A stretch of 64,000 nt of DNA from assembly GCA_963816145.1 (NCBI GenBank), contig CAWFJP010000017.1:128001-192000 (forward strand), in the 5' to 3' direction. This document shows, piece by piece, positions 20,459-29,866 of this stretch. The notes below the pieces were generated by a model that saw only the letters and a program-made list of their open reading frames with translations, did no database searches and was not told where the DNA came from. This DNA comes from an uncultured delta proteobacterium (GTDB lineage: Bacteria > Desulfobacterota > Binatia > UBA9968). Numbering within the stretch: the stretch's first letter is position 1; each line of letters begins with the position of its first letter. The position numbers were made by a program, and so were the translations under genes.

Positions 20459-20836
20459 ATGCGCATGATTTTACCTTCGCTAAAGGAACGGCGGGCGATC
20501 GACCGTTTGCTGGCGGCCTTTTTCAACGAATGCAAAGCTTCCGACTTTAAGAAAGCAATTAGTTTGCTGTGCCGGTTTTATCATCTGAAGCAGCCGAAAA
20601 TAGAATGGTTTGAGTATATCGACTGGGGCAAAACCGCGGGAAAGACTTACGAGACCGGTCAGATTTATTTAGTCCACCCGGAGAATTGGAAGAAAGGCCG
20701 CAAATACAACACCGCAAGGCGCTGGATCAATCTGGTCTACCATGAGATGGGTCACTATGTTTTCTGGGCCGACGCGGAAAATAAGGCCGATATGTTTGCC
20801 ACGCGCATGGTGCGCGGTCTGAACAGCCAAAAATAA
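20459..20836 (+). CDS. Small hypothetical protein with HExxH zinc-metalloprotease motif
   Basis: LVYHEMGHYVFWADAENKADMFA; normal coding character; fills the gap before ileS. Confidence 0.7.
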   Translation: MRMILPSLKERRAIDRLLAAFFNECKASDFKKAISLLCRFYHLKQPKIEWFEYIDWGKTAGKTYETGQIYLVHPENWKKGRKYNTARRWINLVYHEMGHYVFWADAENKADMFATRMVRGLNSQK

Positions 20837-20894
20837 TGACCCAAATGGCGCCCGCACCGCAGCCGGGCAGGCGCCGTCGGACGTCTCCACTGCC

Positions 20895-23699
20895 ATGGAT
20901 TATAAAGACACCCTCAACTTACCGAAGACCGACTTTCCCATGCGCGGCAACCTGCCGCAAAACGAGCCGAAGCAGGTCGAAAAGTGGGACAAGGAACGAG
21001 CCTATTTCCAGATCCTTGAGGCGAATCAGGGCAAGCCCAGATTCATCTTGCATGACGGGCCACCTTACGCCAATGGCAACATCCACATCGGCCACGCGTT
21101 AAACAAAATCCTCAAAGACATCATCATCAAGTACAAAGCCATGACCGGCCACTCGGCGCCCTATGTGCCCGGCTGGGATTGCCATGGTCTGCCCATTGAG
21201 CTGCAAGTGGAAAAGAACGTCGGCCGGGCGAAAAAGCTGGCGATGAGCAAAGCAGAAATTCGCACGCTCTGTAAAGAATACGCGGAGAAATACATTTCGA
21301 TTCAACGCGAAGAGTTCAAACGCCTTGGAGTGCTCGGCGATTGGGAGAAACCTTACCGCACGTTGGAACCGCAATATGAAGCCCAGGAAGTGCGCGAATT
21401 GGGTAAATTCGTCGCCACCGGCGCGCTCTACCGCAAGAAGAAGCCGGTCTACTGGTGCGCCTCCTGTGTGACAGCGTTGGCGGAAGCTGAAGTCGAGTAC
21501 GAAGATCATACATCGACATCGGTGTACGTCAAGTTCGCCGTTAAGGATCCTAAAGGTTTGTTCGCTATCGATCCGGCACTCGGAACCTTTTTTGTAATTT
21601 GGACAACAACCCCGTGGACCTTACCGGCGAACCAGGCGATCGCGGTACATCCCAAGTTTACATACCGACGGGTTAAAACCGCGCAGGGTGAATTGATCAT
21701 AAACCAAGAATTGGTCGAGAGCGTGATGAAGGCTATCAGGTTGGAAGCCAAGGATTATGAAATTCTTCCCGGCGCCTGGACCGGCGCCGAACTCGAAGGC
21801 ATCGTTTGCCGTCATCCCTGGCTCGACCGTGAGTCGAAGATTGTGCTTGGCGACTACGTGACGCAGGATCAAGGCACCGGCGGCGTCCATATCGCCCCTG
21901 GTCATGGCCAGGAGGACTACGAAGTCGGCATGCGCTACGGCTTACCGGTCATGGCTCCGGTAGACCCAGAAGGAAGATTCACCGCGGAAGCCGGCGATTT
22001 ACAAGGCGAGTCGGTGTTCAAAGCTGACCCGCGCATTGTTCAAAAGTTAATCGAGCAAAACGCCCTGCTCAAAGAAGATAAACTGTCCCATAGCTATCCG
22101 CACTGTTGGCGCTGCAAAAAGCCGGTGATCTTTCGCGCCACCGAGCAGTGGTTTATCTCAATGGAGAAGAACGACCTGCGCAACCAGGCACTGCGCACGA
22201 TTGACGAGGTCAAATGGATTCCGCCCTGGGGTCGTGACCGCATTCGCGGCATGCTCGAAGCGCGTCCTGACTGGTGCATTTCGCGCCAGCGCTCCTGGGG
22301 CGTGCCCATTCCAGCGGTCTACTGCAAGCACTGCAATCAAGCAGTGTTGACACAGGCGATTTGCAATTATGTCGCGGCGATTTTCGAAAAGGAAGGCTCG
22401 GACGCTTGGTTCACCCGGCCGGTGAACGAACTCATGCCCGCCGATCTCAAGTGTCCCGATTGCGGTGGCCAGGACTTTTCCCGCGAAGAAGATATTCTCG
22501 ATGTCTGGTTCGATTCGGGGGTGAGCTATGCTGCGGTGGTCGAACTCGACCCGCGTCTCGGCGGCCGCGCCGATCTTTACCTCGAAGGCAGCGACCAACA
22601 TCGCGGCTGGTTTCACACCGCACTGCTGACGTCGCTGGCGACCCGCGATCGTGCGCCTTACCTCAGCGTGCTGACCCACGGCTTCACTTTGGACGGCAAA
22701 GGGCGAAAGATGTCCAAGTCGCTTGGCAATACCATCGCGCCGCAAGACATCGCGAAAAAATTCGGCGCCGAAATCCTGCGCCTATGGGTTTCCGCCGAAG
22801 ACTACCGCGAAGACGTGCGCATCTCGGATGAAATTTTGAATCGCCTGGTCGAAGCGTACCGGCGCGTGCGCAACACCGCACGCTTTCTGATCAGCAACCT
22901 TTATGATTTCGATCCATCGAAGGATCGCGTGCCGGCGGAAAAACTCGACGAGCTCGACCGCTGGATTCTCCAGCGCACGGAAAATGTACTCAGCCGCTGC
23001 CGCGATGCTTATGAGAAGTGCGAGTTCCATGTCGTCTATCACAGCATAAATAATTTCTGCGCGGTCGATCTGAGCGCGCAATATTTGGACATCGTCAAAG
23101 ACCGGCTTTACTGCGAAGGAACGAATTCGCGCGAACGGCGCGCGGCGCAGACGACTCTATCTAGAATTCTCGATGTGCTGGTGCATTTAACCGCGCCGAT
23201 CCTGTCGTTTACGGCCGAAGAAATCTGGAACTACCTACCGGGGAAAACCAATCGACCAAAGAGCGTTTTTCTTTCGACGATACCAGAGCCGGACACCAGG
23301 TCCGCCGATTCTTTACTCGCGGAGAAATGGGATCGGATTTTCGATGAGCGTAGCCTAGTCTTAAAGGCCCTGGAACAAGCACGGACAGCCGGGATAATCG
23401 GGCATTCCTTGGATGCAAAGGTCGTTCTTCATCATCGCCATCCACATCGATCCTCCCTTCACGAAATGATGACTGTTGATTCTCAACGGCTGGCTGATGT
23501 ACTGATTGTTTCCCAGGTTGCAGTTGACGCAGATCAAGGCCCTGATGATCTAAAAGAATTGCGATTTTCGGTCAGCAAAGCCGACGGCGCGAAATGCGAA
23601 CGCTGCTGGAAATACGATGTCAAAGTCGGCGCGGACCACAACCATCCGACCGTCTGCCCCCGCTGCGCTCGCGTGCTAAACGCTGGAGCAACAGTTTGA
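20895..23699 (+). CDS. ileS: Isoleucine--tRNA ligase (type 1)
   Basis: HDGPPYANGNIHIGH, WTTTPWT, EGSDQHRGWF, KMSKS, C-terminal CERCW...CPRC zinc finger. Confidence 0.98.
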   Translation: MDYKDTLNLPKTDFPMRGNLPQNEPKQVEKWDKERAYFQILEANQGKPRFILHDGPPYANGNIHIGHALNKILKDIIIKYKAMTGHSAPYVPGWDCHGLPIELQVEKNVGRAKKLAMSKAEIRTLCKEYAEKYISIQREEFKRLGVLGDWEKPYRTLEPQYEAQEVRELGKFVATGALYRKKKPVYWCASCVTALAEAEVEYEDHTSTSVYVKFAVKDPKGLFAIDPALGTFFVIWTTTPWTLPANQAIAVHPKFTYRRVKTAQGELIINQELVESVMKAIRLEAKDYEILPGAWTGAELEGIVCRHPWLDRESKIVLGDYVTQDQGTGGVHIAPGHGQEDYEVGMRYGLPVMAPVDPEGRFTAEAGDLQGESVFKADPRIVQKLIEQNALLKEDKLSHSYPHCWRCKKPVIFRATEQWFISMEKNDLRNQALRTIDEVKWIPPWGRDRIRGMLEARPDWCISRQRSWGVPIPAVYCKHCNQAVLTQAICNYVAAIFEKEGSDAWFTRPVNELMPADLKCPDCGGQDFSREEDILDVWFDSGVSYAAVVELDPRLGGRADLYLEGSDQHRGWFHTALLTSLATRDRAPYLSVLTHGFTLDGKGRKMSKSLGNTIAPQDIAKKFGAEILRLWVSAEDYREDVRISDEILNRLVEAYRRVRNTARFLISNLYDFDPSKDRVPAEKLDELDRWILQRTENVLSRCRDAYEKCEFHVVYHSINNFCAVDLSAQYLDIVKDRLYCEGTNSRERRAAQTTLSRILDVLVHLTAPILSFTAEEIWNYLPGKTNRPKSVFLSTIPEPDTRSADSLLAEKWDRIFDERSLVLKALEQARTAGIIGHSLDAKVVLHHRHPHRSSLHEMMTVDSQRLADVLIVSQVAVDADQGPDDLKELRFSVSKADGAKCERCWKYDVKVGADHNHPTVCPRCARVLNAGATV

Positions 23700-24199
23700 G
23701 CGGAAAATGGAAAAGCGTTGGCGGGTGGCTGGCCGCGATTGTCGTTCTCGATCAGTTGACCAAACTCATCGTCCACCGGACCATGGCGCTCCATCAGTCC
23801 ATTTCCATCGTCGACGGGCTGTTTAATCTCACTTATGTGCGCAACACCGGCGCCGCGTTCGGAATTTTCGCCGGCAGCGCGGAAATCTTTCGCCGGCCTT
23901 TTTTGATCTTGGTATCGATCCTGGCCAGCGGCTTTATCATCACTTTACTCAGACGGCTGGCGGACGGGGAAAGGGGATTGATTGCGGCACTGACTTTTAT
24001 CCTCGGCGGCGCCATCGGCAATCTCATCGACCGGGTTTTCTACGGGGAAGTCATCGACTTTCTCGACGTCTACTGGCGCAACTACCACTGGCCGGCATTC
24101 AATATCGCCGACAGCTTCATCACCATCGGCGTCGCCATCGCGCTTTTCTGCCTCTACAAACACCAGGGCGCCGATCCCTTCGCCGGCACACAAACTTAG
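23696..24199 (+). CDS. lspA: Signal peptidase II
   Basis: DQLTK, NTGAAFG, GGAIGNLIDR, VIDF, WPAFNIAD; TTG start overlaps the ileS stop. Confidence 0.95.
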   Translation: MSGKWKSVGGWLAAIVVLDQLTKLIVHRTMALHQSISIVDGLFNLTYVRNTGAAFGIFAGSAEIFRRPFLILVSILASGFIITLLRRLADGERGLIAALTFILGGAIGNLIDRVFYGEVIDFLDVYWRNYHWPAFNIADSFITIGVAIALFCLYKHQGADPFAGTQT

Positions 24200-24493
24200 C
24201 TTTTTAGAATAACTACCGTCGCACCCCAACTGCCCGCTTCGAGCGGTGCATCGTGAAACGATTCGACGTTGGCGTGATTCTCCAGTAACTTGCGAATGAT
24301 TATTGCGCTGGACACCTTTGCCTTTGCCGTGGATCAAACGCACTTCGTGAAAGCCGGCGTCTTTGCACTGGCGGAGATACTCATCGACGAGGCCGTGAAT
24401 TTCTTTGGCCTGAAATGGATGAAGATCGAGGTGATCCTCGATCGGAATTACGACCGGAACGGCAAATGGCGATTCATTCTCGCAGCTGGCCAT
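24196..24493 (-). pseudogene. Smr/MutS2-domain protein with a +1 frameshift (or sequencing error)
   Basis: LDLHPF...IHGKGKGVQRN, then one extra base at ~24301; the shifted frame continues IIRKLLENHANVESFHDAPLEAGSWGATVVILKS*. Confidence 0.8.
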
Positions 24494-24528
24494 GTCGCCG
24501 TTATTTTCTTTACTGCGATCGCCCATAC

Positions 24529-24559
24529 AAAAGAGGGCAAGAACAACGCTCTTGCCCTC
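24529..24559 (-). terminator. Rho-independent terminator at the end of the long minus-strand catabolic operon
   Basis: GAGGGCAAGA/TCTTGCCCTC 10-bp stem with TTTT tail on the minus strand. Confidence 0.7.
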
Positions 24560-24589
24560 GGTGGTCTTTTGGTTTTCCTCTGGTTGATT

Positions 24590-25606
24590 TCAGTCCCAGC
24601 GTTTATCGCCTTTTAACCGGCCGCCTACTTTGGTGAGAGCGGCTTCGATGATCGACAGATCCACAAGTTTCTCGTAGCTCGGTTTTTCCTGTGCTTTAAT
24701 GGTTCCAAGTTCCACTTGGCGGTTAATGGTCCACTCGACCATGTCCCTAGGCAGACCGTCATTAACCGGCCACGCTCCGACATTGGCGAGAATATCGTAG
24801 GTCTGCGACACGGCGTCGGCATCCTGCTGTGTGTATTTTACGCCGATCTCCACAACCTTAGCTTTGTTGTTGTAGATAAAACGATTGGCTTTAACCAGCG
24901 CCGTCATGATGTCAATGTAAAGCTGACGGTTTTCCTTGATCTCTTTCTCGGGCGCAATGTAGGCAGCGTAGAGCCATTTCGGCAGTGGCTCCCAGAGATT
25001 GACCAGAATATTCAAATCCGCCTTTTTCTTCTTGGCGACGATCGCTTGATCGACGTGTAGAATCGCCGTATCAATCTGGCCACTCAACAGTCCCGCCACG
25101 CGGCCTTTGGTGCTCACCGGCACGTATTCGACATCCTTCGGCGTCAGGCCGCAACTCGCCATCACGGCGCGGCTCATCACTTCATTGAACGCGCCTACTT
25201 CCTGGATGCCGATCTTTCGGCCTTTCAGATCTTTGCAAGTCTTAATGTCGCCCTGCACCAGCATCGATTGCGAAAGTTTGTGCGAATAGGTGCCAAGGAC
25301 TTTGGTGCCGGCTCCGCGCGCCGCGCCGATGATTGCCGGATCGGAACTGGTTCCGGTGATGTCGAGGCCGCCGGCGACACTGCCGCGCAATGTTTGAGTA
25401 CCGCCCTCGAAGGTGACCAGCTCGACATCGATGTTCACGTCATTAAAATAGCCCATCTCTTTGGCGATGTAAGGCGGCAGATGGACGACGTTGGGCGGAG
25501 TGACCGGCACGCCGAAGACGACTTTGCGCTTGGTTTGGGCGTCGGCCGTATATAATCCGAACGCCAGGCTGATCGCTGCAATGAGCAGCCAAATGGTTTT
25601 CTTCAT
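24590..25606 (-). CDS. ABC transporter substrate-binding protein, NitT/TauT family
   Basis: Signal peptide, PYIAKEMGYF, DLKGRKIGI, GLTPKDVEYV, LLSGQIDTA. Confidence 0.88.
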   Translation of the reverse strand: MKKTIWLLIAAISLAFGLYTADAQTKRKVVFGVPVTPPNVVHLPPYIAKEMGYFNDVNIDVELVTFEGGTQTLRGSVAGGLDITGTSSDPAIIGAARGAGTKVLGTYSHKLSQSMLVQGDIKTCKDLKGRKIGIQEVGAFNEVMSRAVMASCGLTPKDVEYVPVSTKGRVAGLLSGQIDTAILHVDQAIVAKKKKADLNILVNLWEPLPKWLYAAYIAPEKEIKENRQLYIDIMTALVKANRFIYNNKAKVVEIGVKYTQQDADAVSQTYDILANVGAWPVNDGLPRDMVEWTINRQVELGTIKAQEKPSYEKLVDLSIIEAALTKVGGRLKGDKRWD

Positions 25607-25626
25607 GATGCCCCCTTTTGTTAAGT

Positions 25627-26382
25627 TCAGTCTTTTTCAATTGCACTGCGCCACGGCGCGATACGTCCTTCGATCCATTTCGCCAACGACATGAGCCCCA
25701 CCCCTAATAACATAACCACGACGATGGGAACAAATAGCTTGTCGGTCTCAAGCGCATTGGCATAGCGGACGATCATGTAACCCAACCCCGTGACGGAAGT
25801 ATAGAACTCGGCGACGATCATTCCAACCAGACCTCGGCCGATGGCGAGTCGGATGCCGGCAACGATGAACGGGACCGCCGAAGGAATGATCAGATGGCGC
25901 CACAGCTGGCTTTCGTTCGAACAAAAGGAGCGCGCGACTTCTTGGAGATTGCGGTCGACGTTTTTTACTCCCTCGAAGGTGTTGAGCAGCACTGGAAATA
26001 CCATGAACGAGAAAACGATGACGACCTTGGCGGGAATTTTGAAACCGAACCATAAGACAATTAACGGCACCACCGCGACCATCGGGGTTGAATAAAGCGC
26101 GCTGACGTAAACATCCGCGGCCCATTCGACGATCGCGTACCGGCCCATGATCACACCGAGCAGCACGCCCACCACGATGGAAAGAATCGACGCGTACGTC
26201 AGCACCAAGAGGCTGCTGGTCATGTAACTCTGCAGCTCGCCGCTGGCGACCAAGGAGACGAAGGCCTGAGCAACCGCGGACGGATAGGTGAACAAGATCG
26301 GGTTAATTCGCCGGCCGAAGTATTCCCAAAGCGAGATGACGACGACGAACGAGATAAAGCGCACGACGAGTTTGCTGTTCAT
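25627..26382 (-). CDS. ABC transporter permease, NitT/TauT family
   Basis: PLIVLWFG, EAA-like QEVARSF, GIRLAIGRGLVGMIVAEF, GLGYMI. Confidence 0.92.
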   Translation of the reverse strand: MNSKLVVRFISFVVVISLWEYFGRRINPILFTYPSAVAQAFVSLVASGELQSYMTSSLLVLTYASILSIVVGVLLGVIMGRYAIVEWAADVYVSALYSTPMVAVVPLIVLWFGFKIPAKVVIVFSFMVFPVLLNTFEGVKNVDRNLQEVARSFCSNESQLWRHLIIPSAVPFIVAGIRLAIGRGLVGMIVAEFYTSVTGLGYMIVRYANALETDKLFVPIVVVMLLGVGLMSLAKWIEGRIAPWRSAIEKD

Positions 26383-27164
26383 GAAGCGGTACTCCCGACC
26401 GGAACGTGATCCAATTCGCGGGTGAGCATTTCCCAAAGCGAGCTGCGCAATTCGATATAGCGCGAATGGGCACGCACGGAAATAATCTTTCGCGGCCTGG
26501 GGATGTTGACCGATATAATTTCCCGAATACGGCCGGGGCGGCGTGACATCATGACGATGCGGTCGCCAAGCAAAATCGCTTCGTCGATGCTGTGGGTGAC
26601 GAAGATCATCGCCTTCTTTTCGCTTTCAAGAATCCGCAATAGTTCCTCTTGCATTAGCTCGCGGGTCTGCGCATCCAAAGCGCCGAAGGGCTCGTCCATG
26701 AGCAGCAGTGAAGGGTTGATCGCCAGCGCCCGCGCCAATCCCGCGCGTTGTTGCATGCCGCCGGAGAGTTGGTGCGGGTAGGATTTGGCGAATTCCTTAA
26801 GCCCCATGAGTTCGAGGTAGTGCCCAACGGCAGCATCAATCTCGACTTTGGACGATCCTCTCAGCTCCAGTCCGTAGGCGATGTTTTCATCGAGCCGTTT
26901 CCATGGAAATAGACCGAAGTGTTGAAACACCATCGCGACGTCGGGACGAGGTTGGGTGACTGCGCTACCATCCATCGTGATCTCGCCGCGGTCGCGGGAA
27001 ATCAGACAGTCGATGATGCGCAGCAGTGTCGTTTTGCCGCAACCGCTCGGGCCGAGAATGCACAGACTCTCATAGGGCTCGACTTCGAGGTTGATATCCT
27101 GGAGCGCCACCACATCGCCGCCGCTGTAAGTCTTGGTGAGGTTTCGAATGACGATCTTGGCCAT
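26379..27164 (-). CDS. ABC transporter ATP-binding protein, NitT/TauT family
   Basis: GPSGCGKTT, LSGGMQQR, LLMDEPFGALD, FVTHSIDEA. Confidence 0.95.
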   Translation of the reverse strand: MAKIVIRNLTKTYSGGDVVALQDINLEVEPYESLCILGPSGCGKTTLLRIIDCLISRDRGEITMDGSAVTQPRPDVAMVFQHFGLFPWKRLDENIAYGLELRGSSKVEIDAAVGHYLELMGLKEFAKSYPHQLSGGMQQRAGLARALAINPSLLLMDEPFGALDAQTRELMQEELLRILESEKKAMIFVTHSIDEAILLGDRIVMMSRRPGRIREIISVNIPRPRKIISVRAHSRYIELRSSLWEMLTRELDHVPVGSTAS

Positions 27165-27171
27165 TTGAGAA

Positions 27172-28377
27172 TTATACGGCTGGCTGCTCTAAAAGTTGTT
27201 TAACCGCTCCCAGGAAGCGGGCGGCGATGGCGCCGTCGACGCCTCTGTGATCGGCAGACAGCGTCGCCGTCATCATCGATTTGATCTCGATCCCGTCGCC
27301 ATCCGTCACCACGCGCGGCGCAACTCGGCCAACTGCTAGGATTGCCGCCTGTGGTGGATTGATTATGGCGGTGAAGCTATCGACACCGAGCATGCCAAGA
27401 TTCGACACGGTAAAAGTTCCGCCTTCGTAGTCGAGCGGAAAGAGTTTTTTATTTTGCGCCTTGTCGGCGAGCGCTCGGCTTTGCTCGGCCAATTCCGCCA
27501 AGCTAAGACGATCGGCGTTGCGAATCACCGGCACGACGAGTCCTTCGTCGAGGGCCACCGCCACACCGATGTTGATATCTGCATGCTGCCGGATTCCGTG
27601 TTCAGTGAAGCTTGAGTTCATAGACGTGAATTCTTTGAGCGCATGTGCCGACGCATGGAGAATAAAATCATTGATCGACGGGATCGATTCGTCGCCGCGC
27701 TCTTTCCAATCACTTCTAAGCCTACTCACCGCGCTCATGTCGATTTCCATGCTGATGTAGAAATGCGGCGCGCTCTGTTTGCTCTGCGTCATGCGTTCGC
27801 CGACGATTCGGCGCATAGGGGTGAGCGGTATTAAACCATGTGCTGTTGAAGTTGCGGGCCGTGCAACGTTTCCATTGCCGGGGCGCTGCACGTCCACGGC
27901 GAGAATACTGCCTTCAGGGCCGCTGCCTCGCAGCGAGCTCAGCTCGATTCCCTGCTCTTTGGCGATTCGCTTGGCTTTTGGCGAGGCGAGAATTCTTCCA
28001 GCCCGTGGGGCCGGAGCAATGGTAGGCGGTGGTGAGCTTGTCGTCTTCGCGCGGCCCTCACCCCTACCCTCTCCCGGGGGGAGAGGGGGTAAGAGAGGCG
28101 CTGCCGCGGGTGCTTGTTTTTTTGTCGGCAGGGCATCGCCCTCCGCCAAGATCAGTGCGATGGTCTGACCCACCGGCACTTCATCGCCAGGTTTGGCGCT
28201 AATCATTGTCAAGATTCCTGAAGCCGCCGCTTCGATCTCGACGGTGGCTTTGTCGGTTTCGATTTCCATCAACGGCTCGCCTTTGGTCACCGTTTGACCG
28301 TCGGTCTTGAGCCACCTGAGAAGCGTTCCGGTTTGCTGCGCCACGCCGAGGGCGGGCATGATTACATTAGTCGCCAA
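27172..28377 (-). CDS. Dihydrolipoamide acyltransferase E2 (AcoC/PdhC-like)
   Basis: Lipoyl domain IETDKA, PSBD ASPKAKRIA..GSGPEGSI, catalytic SADHRGVDGA. Confidence 0.93.
   Translation of the reverse strand: MATNVIMPALGVAQQTGTLLRWLKTDGQTVTKGEPLMEIETDKATVEIEAAASGILTMISAKPGDEVPVGQTIALILAEGDALPTKKQAPAAAPLLPPLPPGEGRGEGRAKTTSSPPPTIAPAPRAGRILASPKAKRIAKEQGIELSSLRGSGPEGSILAVDVQRPGNGNVARPATSTAHGLIPLTPMRRIVGERMTQSKQSAPHFYISMEIDMSAVSRLRSDWKERGDESIPSINDFILHASAHALKEFTSMNSSFTEHGIRQHADINIGVAVALDEGLVVPVIRNADRLSLAELAEQSRALADKAQNKKLFPLDYEGGTFTVSNLGMLGVDSFTAIINPPQAAILAVGRVAPRVVTDGDGIEIKSMMTATLSADHRGVDGAIAARFLGAVKQLLEQPAV
28054..28089. repeat. BoxC-like palindromic repeat inserted in frame in the E2 linker
   Basis: GCCCTCACCCCTACCCTCTCCC-GG-GGGAGAGGG; encodes PPLPPGEGRGEG. 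Confidence 0.6.
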
Positions 28378-28422
28378 AACATCCTCGGGTTAAATCTAAG
28401 TGTGTAATCCGGTTGAGCATGA

Positions 28423-29739
28423 TCAGCTTTTGACTCGCTCCAACGCTCCAGGGTTATTCAGATTCGATTGGGTTTCGCGAACGGTCGGCAGTTCGCCGCC
28501 GGCGGTGAAATAGTGAGTGCCGGCCACCAAGAGCTTTTCCGATGGGAAGCGAGTGATCACTTCGCAGCCGTCTTTGGTAACGACGACTTCTTCTTCGAGA
28601 CGCGCCGCGGACCAGCCGTCGGAAGCGGGCCAGTATGTCTCCAGCGCGAAGACCATGCCTTCTTCGATCACTTCCGGATGGTCGAGAGAAACCAGACGGC
28701 TGAAGATCGGTTTTTCCCAAATCGACAAGCCAACGCCGTGGCCGTATTGCAACGCGAAGGCGGCTTCTTCATTGGCGAAACCGAACTCTTGCGCTTTGGG
28801 CCAGAGCTTAACAACGTCGGCTGTGGTGATGCCTGGCTTGACGATGCTGATCGCCGCGTCCATATAGTCGCGGCTCCGTTTATAGGCGTCGACCATCGCC
28901 GGTGAGGCGCTCCCGACTGCGAAGGTGCGATAGTAGCAGGTGCGATAACCGTTGAAGCTGTGCAGAATATCGAAGAACGCCGGGTCGCCTGGGCGCAGCA
29001 CACGGTCAGTATAAACATGCGGATGGGGGCTGCAGCGCTCGCCGGAAATCGCGTTGACGCCTTCGACATGTTCGGAGCCCAAATCGTAGAGCACTTTGCT
29101 AACCACGCCGACGCATTCGTTTTCTTTTACGCCCGGTTTCATGAATTGATACAGCTCTTCGTAAGCGGCGTCGACCATCATAGTCGCGGTGTTGAGCAGC
29201 GTGATTTCGTCTTGGGTTTTGATTTTGCGAACTTCGTGCATCAGCTGCTGGCCATCGACGACTTTAATGCCTTGGGATTGGAGCGCGAACAGCACCGGTA
29301 TCTCGATGACATCGACACCGACCGGTTCGTTCTGCAGCTTGCGCATTTCCAATTCGAGCTTGATTTTTTTCGCGACATCTTCGGCCAAGCCCGAGCTAGG
29401 ACTGGTCGCGCCGCGCAAAGTCGAAATGCCGGCGCGCGAACGCTCGCCCAACCAGGGGCAGTAAATTTGGTGATGCCGCGCCGCCGACCCGAAGTCCCAG
29501 AGGATCGGCTCGTCATCTTGCGGCAGCAGCGAGAATCGCACGAGCTTGTCCATCGCCCAGGTGCCAATATGGGTCGCGGTGATGTAGCGGATGTTGTTCA
29601 TGTCGAAGCAGAGCAGCGCGCCGATCTCCGATTTCTTGAGCGCGCTTTTCACTCGCGCGAGACGCTCTTGGCGCAGCCGCTCGATGTTGACCCGCTCTTC
29701 CCAATCGACGGCCATCAGGCCGAAAGTTTTAAGTCCCAT
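28423..29739 (-). CDS. M24 (Xaa-Pro peptidase/creatinase fold) family protein, atypical
   Basis: Creatinase N-domain (NNIRYIT), RKIKTQDEI, GHGVGL, FALET, ARLEEEVVVT; GGAGG RBS before ATG 29739. Confidence 0.88.
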   Translation of the reverse strand: MGLKTFGLMAVDWEERVNIERLRQERLARVKSALKKSEIGALLCFDMNNIRYITATHIGTWAMDKLVRFSLLPQDDEPILWDFGSAARHHQIYCPWLGERSRAGISTLRGATSPSSGLAEDVAKKIKLELEMRKLQNEPVGVDVIEIPVLFALQSQGIKVVDGQQLMHEVRKIKTQDEITLLNTATMMVDAAYEELYQFMKPGVKENECVGVVSKVLYDLGSEHVEGVNAISGERCSPHPHVYTDRVLRPGDPAFFDILHSFNGYRTCYYRTFAVGSASPAMVDAYKRSRDYMDAAISIVKPGITTADVVKLWPKAQEFGFANEEAAFALQYGHGVGLSIWEKPIFSRLVSLDHPEVIEEGMVFALETYWPASDGWSAARLEEEVVVTKDGCEVITRFPSEKLLVAGTHYFTAGGELPTVRETQSNLNNPGALERVKS

Positions 29740-29764
29740 GACCAACCTCCTCGTTCAAAAACCC

Positions 29765-29863
29765 AAGCCGTTCCAGTTGTTCCAAATGTTCCAATCGTTC
29801 CAACCGATCGGTGTCTTCCAACGACTGGAACCACTGGAACGATTGGAACCTTTGGAACGGCTT
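29765..29863. repeat. Inverted array of ~9-nt units (GTTCCANNN)n ... (NNNTGGAAC)n
   Basis: Four GTTCCA units facing four TGGAAC units, closed by AAGCCGTTCCA/TGGAACGGCTT. Confidence 0.8.
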
Positions 29864-29866
29864 CAC

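Noticed and set aside
20837-20894. T-box leader for ileS
   Set aside because: Gap is only 58 nt and has no T-box consensus
23945-24526. 193-aa ORF as an intact gene
   Set aside because: Only the N-terminal part is Smr; the tail is frameshift read-through antisense to lspA
29765-29863. CRISPR array
   Set aside because: Units are ~9 nt, inverted, with no unique spacers and no cas genes
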